Of a stretch of DNA of 64,000 nucleotides, positions 58,868 to 64,000 are shown one piece after another. The notes under the pieces are model-generated. The model was not told the origin of the DNA and searched no databases. It saw nothing but the letters and a program-made list of their open reading frames with translations. Source of the stretch: Bacillota bacterium (GTDB taxonomy: Bacteria > Bacillota > Ch66 > Ch109); assembly GCA_013178275.1 (NCBI GenBank), contig JABLWZ010000009.1:16746-80745 (forward strand). Direction: 5' to 3'. Numbering within the stretch: the stretch's first letter is position 1; each line of letters opens with the position of its first letter. The position numbers and the translations under genes are program-made.

Positions 58868-59292
58868 ATACTTTTACGGGTTCGGGGCAAAATAAAGCTA
58901 CAAGGGTTCATAGTAGCCGAGCTAAGATCGCTGCAGGTTCCAAAAAAGGGATCTGCAACGGTCGAGCAAAGGTTAGTGCAGGTTCTGAGGGATCTGTACT
59001 AGCCGGAGCGAAGGTTATCGTAGGTCGGTCAACTGACTTCTGCATATTGCAGACCCGGATCTACGATAGCCGAGCCAAGATCGTCATGGGTGCCGGAACA
59101 ATGTTTCATCCTCGAACTCTGCGATTGAGTATTTGAAGCATCGGACCCATAATTCCCTAGGATTATGGGTTCGGTAGGTACTCATGACGGTCGGGCAAAG
59201 ATCGTTATGGGTTGCGAGGGACTCTCTGGTAGCCGTAAGGCGCCAAGGGTCCGTAGGGATCCATACCGGTCGGCGCGAAGGTTACTATGGGC
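58868..59292 (+). repeat. block of about 8 degenerate tandem units of about 42 nt (core RGYCGRGCNAAGRTYNNYRYRGGT), function unknown
   Basis: Cores read at 58915-58938 (AGCCGAGCTAAGATCGCTGCAGGT), 58960-58983, 59001-59025, 59068-59091, 59189-59212 (GGTCGGGCAAAGATCGTTATGGGT), 59231-59259 and 59268-59292, plus a looser copy at about 58876-58907. Most are preceded by GGRWCT-like sequence. Confidence 0.7.
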
Positions 59293-59307
59293 TCTTGTTT
59301 ACTTAAC

Positions 59308-59345
59308 AAATAAAGTACTTTCGATTTTTCGAAAGTACTTTATTT
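59308..59345. terminator. perfect 17-bp palindrome, probable bidirectional terminator between the GH57 side and the CRISPR array
   Basis: AAATAAAGTACTTTCGA-TTTT-TCGAAAGTACTTTATTT. The A/T-rich flanks give a U-tract in both orientations. Confidence 0.7.
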
Positions 59346-59379
59346 TGTTCAAACTATTTACCTCAGGCGATGAGCGCCT

Positions 59380-62300
59380 GTTTCAATCCACACTCCCACA
59401 TGGGGAGTGACACGCCATTAAATCATCTTTGTTTTCCGATTTCCAGTTTCAATCAACACTCCCGCACGGGGAGTGACACGCCATCAAAGGGAATCACGAT
59501 CTCTTCGGCCAGTTTCAATCCATACTCCCACGTGGGGAGTGACCTGCTCGGTCAGCGCCTGCTCGTTGATGTACCCAAGTTTCAATCCACACTCCCGCGT
59601 AGGGACTGACGTATTTTTTCCGCAAGCTCTTGCGCCGGGAAGCAGTTTCAATCCACACTCCCGCGCGGGGAGTGACTCATGAGGGGAGTTGCTGCGGCGG
59701 GTACAGTCCGTTTAAATCCACATTCCCACGCGGGGAGTGACTGGAGGAGTACAACAACCAGGTGCACGGCGAGCTGTTTCAATCCACACTCCCGCGTAGG
59801 GAGTGACCCCCATAACTCATTCTCTACCAGCCTATCTTGACTAGTTTCAATCCACACTCCCACGCGGGGAGTGACGCTGGCGGTCACGATCTTGCCGGTG
59901 GCCTGGCACTGTTTCAATCCACACTCCCACACGGGGAGTGACCCAATTAAGGGATACCGGGCACCGCGGTTACGAGTTTCAATCCACACTCCCACGCGGG
60001 GAGTGACCCGCAACCCAGTGGGCGATCAGCGAGCCTAATACCGTTTCAATCCACACTCCCGCACGGGGAGTGACCTTTGGTCCCAGGAAAGTACCAGGGT
60101 GTTTAATGTTTCAATCCACACTCCCGCACAGGGAGTGACCTTTTACAACCTGACGAGGCCTTCCTGTTTCAATCCACACTCCCGCGTAGGGAGTGACTGC
60201 TTGAGAGGCGGGACGACCATTTCGTGCACTTGTTTCAATCCACACTCCCACACGGGGAGTGACATGTAGCCCCAATAATACTTATGTTTCAATCCACGTT
60301 CCCACTGAGAACGACTTGTCTGAACCAATAATACTATATATGATCCATCGGTTCAAATATATGCAGCTTCAATCCGCACTCCCACGCGGGGAGTGACCTG
60401 CCGATCATTGGCAGCACTTCCTCCATGAGCTTGTTTCAATCCACACTCCCGCACGGGGAGTGACGCGTTCATGGCCTGCATGATAACTTCCTGATTGGTT
60501 TCAATCCACACTCCCGCACGGGGAGTGACACATAGGGGAAAACAAGGGGGCTATAGCCATACGGTTTCAATCCACACTCCCACGTGGGGAGTGACACCTT
60601 GACGTACCACCGCCCCGATTGCTGGTCCTGTTTCAATCCACACTCCCACGTGGGGAGTGACCCCCGCGCCCACAATGGCAAAGCTCATGGTCAACTGTTT
60701 CAATCCACACTCCCATGTGGGGAGTGACGTCGGCTTTGCAATAATAAACTTCCTTCCCATCCGTTTCAATCCACACTCCCACGTGGGGAGTGACCCTATC
60801 AGCCCGAGCTGATCGTGGAGAGAAACCTGTTTCAATCCACACTCCCACGTGGGGAGTGACTCGGTGGCGCTTTTCCCCGCAGACGGGATCGATGTTTCAA
60901 TCCACACTCCCACGTGGGGAGTGACGCCAGAGCTTCAGCGAGAACTCACCCATGTATTGTTTCAATCCACACTCCCACGTGGGGAGTGACCCGCCTCCGC
61001 CTGGTCGCGGGGGAGGTAGAAGCCGTTTCAATCCACACTCCCACGTGGGGAGTGACCTGCTGTTTGGGAAGCAGTAATAGCCGCGATGGAGTTTCAATCC
61101 ACACTCCCACGTGGGGAGTGACTCCATGGCCGACCGTATAATACTTACATCAAAATGTTTCAATCCACACTCCCACGTGGGGAGTGACGATGCGCTGCGT
61201 CGAGTTTTATTATTGCTTCAGCTGTTTCAATCCACACTCCCACGTGGGGAGTGACGTTGCACAATGGCATAATGTTCCAGACCTAGGGGTTTCAATCCAC
61301 ACTCCCACGTGGGGAGTGACATCTAGTTCATGCTTCCTTAACAACTATCGTAATGTTTCAATCCACACTCCCACGTGGGGAGTGACATCTAGTTCATGCT
61401 TCCTTAACAACTATCGTAATGTTTCAATCCACACTCCCACGTGGGGAGTGACGCTGCGGCTGCTGGCTCCGTCCGGATCATCAGTGTTTCAATCCACACT
61501 CCCACGTGGGGAGTGACTCAATGAAAGAACGGCTAATAAAGATGATCGAGCGTTTCAATCCACACTCCCACGTGGGGAGTGACGACCAGCAGCCGGTATT
61601 TGGACCGACTAGAGAGGTTTCAATCCACACTCCCACGTGGGGAGTGACAAGTTGGATTTAACTGGTTATACTGTAGTAGATAGTTTCAATCCACACTCCC
61701 ACGTGGGGAGTGACTAGTTTCGAGTTTTAAAGGGTCGAAACTATACCAGTTTCAATCCACACTCCCACGTGGGGAGTGACGCTGCGGCTGCTGGCTCCGT
61801 CCGGATCATCAGTGTTTCAATCCACACTCCCACGTGGGGAGTGACACCGAGAACCGCTTTTAATCCGACGATCATAAAAAGTTTCAATCCACACTCCCAC
61901 GTGGGGAGTGACGAGCGGGGGGTTACACGGACCGCCCGGGTACCCGTGTTTCAATCCACACTCCCACGTGGGGAGTGACGTCTGGGCATTGGCTGACACC
62001 CCTATCAACCGTGTTTCAATCCACACTCCCACGTGGGGAGTGACCGATTCTTTCTCTGTATCTGTGATTGTGGTATCGAGTTTCAATCCACACTCCCACG
62101 TGGGGAGTGACACGGATCTCTTGGCGTCGAAGCGGGTACTCATCGACGTTTCAATCCACACTCCCACGTGGGGAGTGACGCCGCACCCCGTCTCCTCCCT
62201 GCTGCTAAAACGGTTTCAATCCACACTCCCACGTGGGGAGTGACAATGACGGTTATATTGCCCTCGTTGGTGCGAGTGTTTCAATCCACACTCCCACGTG

Positions 62301-63962
62301 GGGAGTGACGCGGGCAATACCCCCAGGTGGGTGGCAATAAGGGCCGTTTCAATCCACACTCCCACGTGGGGAGTGACGGTCTGGGCTGTAGCTTAACAGG
62401 TCATGTTCAGGGTTTCAATCCACACTCCCACGTGGGGAGTGACGATCAGTCCGAAACACCCACTATATTTAGTCTTGTTTCAATCCACACTCCCACGTGG
62501 GGAGTGACTTATGTGGAGAATGACAGCCATACGATAGAGAACGGTTTCAATCCACACTCCCACGTGGGGAGTGACGCAGATGGTGGCGGTGTATCAGGCG
62601 GGCAGACCCGTTTCAATCCACACTCCCACGTGGGGAGTGACCCAACCATATCCATACGATTGTAAATGTAGTGAAGTTTCAATCCACACTCCCACGTGGG
62701 GAGTGACGTGACTTTTAAAGATCGGGACGCCTGGAAATCTGTTTCAATCCACACTCCCACGTGGGGAGTGACCCAAGGTTGTCGCCTATCTGCTTAAATA
62801 TCTCAGTTTCAATCCACACTCCCACGTGGGGAGTGACGATCGATGATAGCACCCCTATTGATGTAATAGTGTTTCAATCCACACTCCCACGTGGGGAGTG
62901 ACTATCAAGACGATGCTGGAAACAATTACCGTGAGGTTTCAATCCACACTCCCACGTGGGGAGTGACGGAGCAGGAGAAGGGGTCAACCCTAACCGCCTG
63001 AGTTTCAATCCACACTCCCACGTGGGGAGTGACACAGGTTCCACTCGCGGCCGCGCTTATCCGTAAGGTTTCAATCCACACTCCCACGTGGGGAGTGACA
63101 CAGGTTCCACTCGCGGCCGCGCTTATCCGTAAGGTTTCAATCCACCTCCCACGTGGGGAGTGACGGGACAGGGTATCCCTTGACCACAGCGGGGAGGTGT
63201 TTCAATCCACACTCCCACGTGGGGAGTGACGGCAGAACCCGTGCCGGTCGGTGGTGTTTTTGTAGTTTCAATCCACACTCCCACGTGGGGAGTGACTGAC
63301 CCTGAACTTCACGGAGGGGGATCCGGCGGCGTTTCAATCCACACTCCCACGTGGGGAGTGACCCCGGCCGCCAGGTCACCATGTACCCCCGTAAAGTTTC
63401 AATCCACACTCCCACGTGGGGAGTGACAAAGGCCAAATACACCCAGCGGGTGATTGATGCGTTTCAATCCACACTCCCACGTGGGGAGTGACTGGCCAGG
63501 GGTTTCTTTTCCTCAATCACCAGGGAATGTTTCAATCCACACTCCCACGTGGGGAGTGACCTGAAGAAAGGAGCGTAAAATGCAGACAATCAAAGTTTCA
63601 ATCCACACTCCCACGTGGGGAGTGACGATAATGGAGTCGGCAGTAAGCACGGCCTGGAAGTTTCAATCCACACTCCCACGTGGGGAGTGACTCGGTGGCT
63701 TCCTCGGCCGCCGTCTTGCTCATAGAGTTTCAATCCACACTCCCACGTGGGGAGTGACGCCATCATTCGTTTGGATGCGTCCAGCAGTTCCGGGTTTCAA
63801 TCCACACTCCCACGTGGGGAGTGACGTCCCAACTCTCGTTAGGCTGTATGGGCACCCAGCGTTTCAATCCACACTCCCACGTGGGGAGTGACTGACTCCG
63901 TGCCGGGCGTAATCGAACCGAAACCCAAAGGTTTCAATCCACACTCCCACGTGGGGAGTGAC
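59380..63962 (-). CRISPR. CRISPR array of about 70 repeats, 32-nt type I-C-like repeat, spacers mostly 33-36 nt
   Basis: Plus-strand repeat GTTTCAATCCACACTCCCACGTGGGGAGTGAC with a period of about 65-67 nt. Its reverse complement GTCACTCCCCACGTGGGAGTGTGGATTGAAAC has the hairpin plus GTGGATTGAAAC tail typical of I-C repeats. Repeats are invariant from about 60564 to 63962 and variable or degenerate at 59380-60530. This implies that the leader (and probably cas) lies beyond the right edge and that transcription is on the minus strand. Confidence 0.95.
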
Positions 63963-64000
63963 TGACGCCGTCTTTTATGGCTGTTTCAATCAGCCTCCAG

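Noticed and set aside
58798-59410. Two + ORFs (58798..59136 and 59165..59410) whose products repeat a [SG]RAK[IV]xxG motif. The first four repeat cores are spaced by multiples of 3 nt.
   Set aside because: The first ORF starts inside the GH57 gene without an RBS. The repeat phase breaks after the fourth unit (spacings of 121, 47 and 80 nt). The translations are otherwise low-complexity. I treat the region as a non-coding tandem repeat and keep the in-frame spacing as a caveat.
59412-59511. The first two (oldest) spacers both begin ACGCCAT and end CCA, suggesting a diverged duplication.
   Set aside because: Beyond the shared ends, the internal positions do not align better than chance by eye.
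59370-63442. Many 60-120-aa ORFs on both strands with recurring peptides (SIHTPTWGVT, FNPHSHVGSD, LPTWECGLK).
   Set aside because: They are translations of the CRISPR repeat in different frames. The periodic peptide is the repeat itself.

Overview
The window is chromosomal DNA that looks like an anaerobic, endospore-forming Firmicute (class Clostridia). This assignment is an inference from gene content: BclA/BclB-like collagen exosporium genes, Hsp33, PepF, a GH57 branching enzyme, many GGDEF genes and a type I-C-like CRISPR repeat. The sequence is a mosaic. GC-rich stretches carry long antisense shadow ORFs in the ORF track (1-12.3 kb, hslO, mutY, the type IIA topoisomerase pair at 43.4-47.7 kb, and 53.4-58.8 kb). 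AT-richer accessory blocks lie between them and hold transporters, regulators, two toxin-antitoxin pairs, c-di-GMP enzymes, SEC-C-motif proteins and many gene remnants. The right end (59,380-63,962) is a CRISPR array of about 70 repeats. Its 32-nt repeat, read on the minus strand, is GTCACTCCCCACGTGGGAGTGTGGATTGAAAC, which is type I-C-like. No cas genes lie in the window. The observations most worth a second look are listed here.
(1) A 1,110-aa fusion of an endonuclease Q-like PHP nuclease to a complete UvrD/PcrA helicase.
(2) A flagellin of about 1,000 aa, isolated from other flagellar genes, broken by a 1-nt deletion.
(3) Three further decayed motility or c-di-GMP genes: an in-frame TAA, an A6 homopolymer frameshift and a truncated MCP.
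(4) Two tandem collagen-like genes in which one globular domain changes position.
(5) A conserved element of about 50 nt found 40-126 nt upstream of several minus-strand genes.
(6) Two 94%-identical RQC-like genes forming direct repeats that bracket 17 kb.
(7) A two-gene SEC-C-motif cassette.
(8) An unexplained block of about 8 degenerate tandem units of about 42 nt, wedged between the GH57 gene and the old end of the CRISPR array.
(9) Several internal anomalies of the CRISPR array.
All family assignments come from reading motifs by eye. No database search was run.
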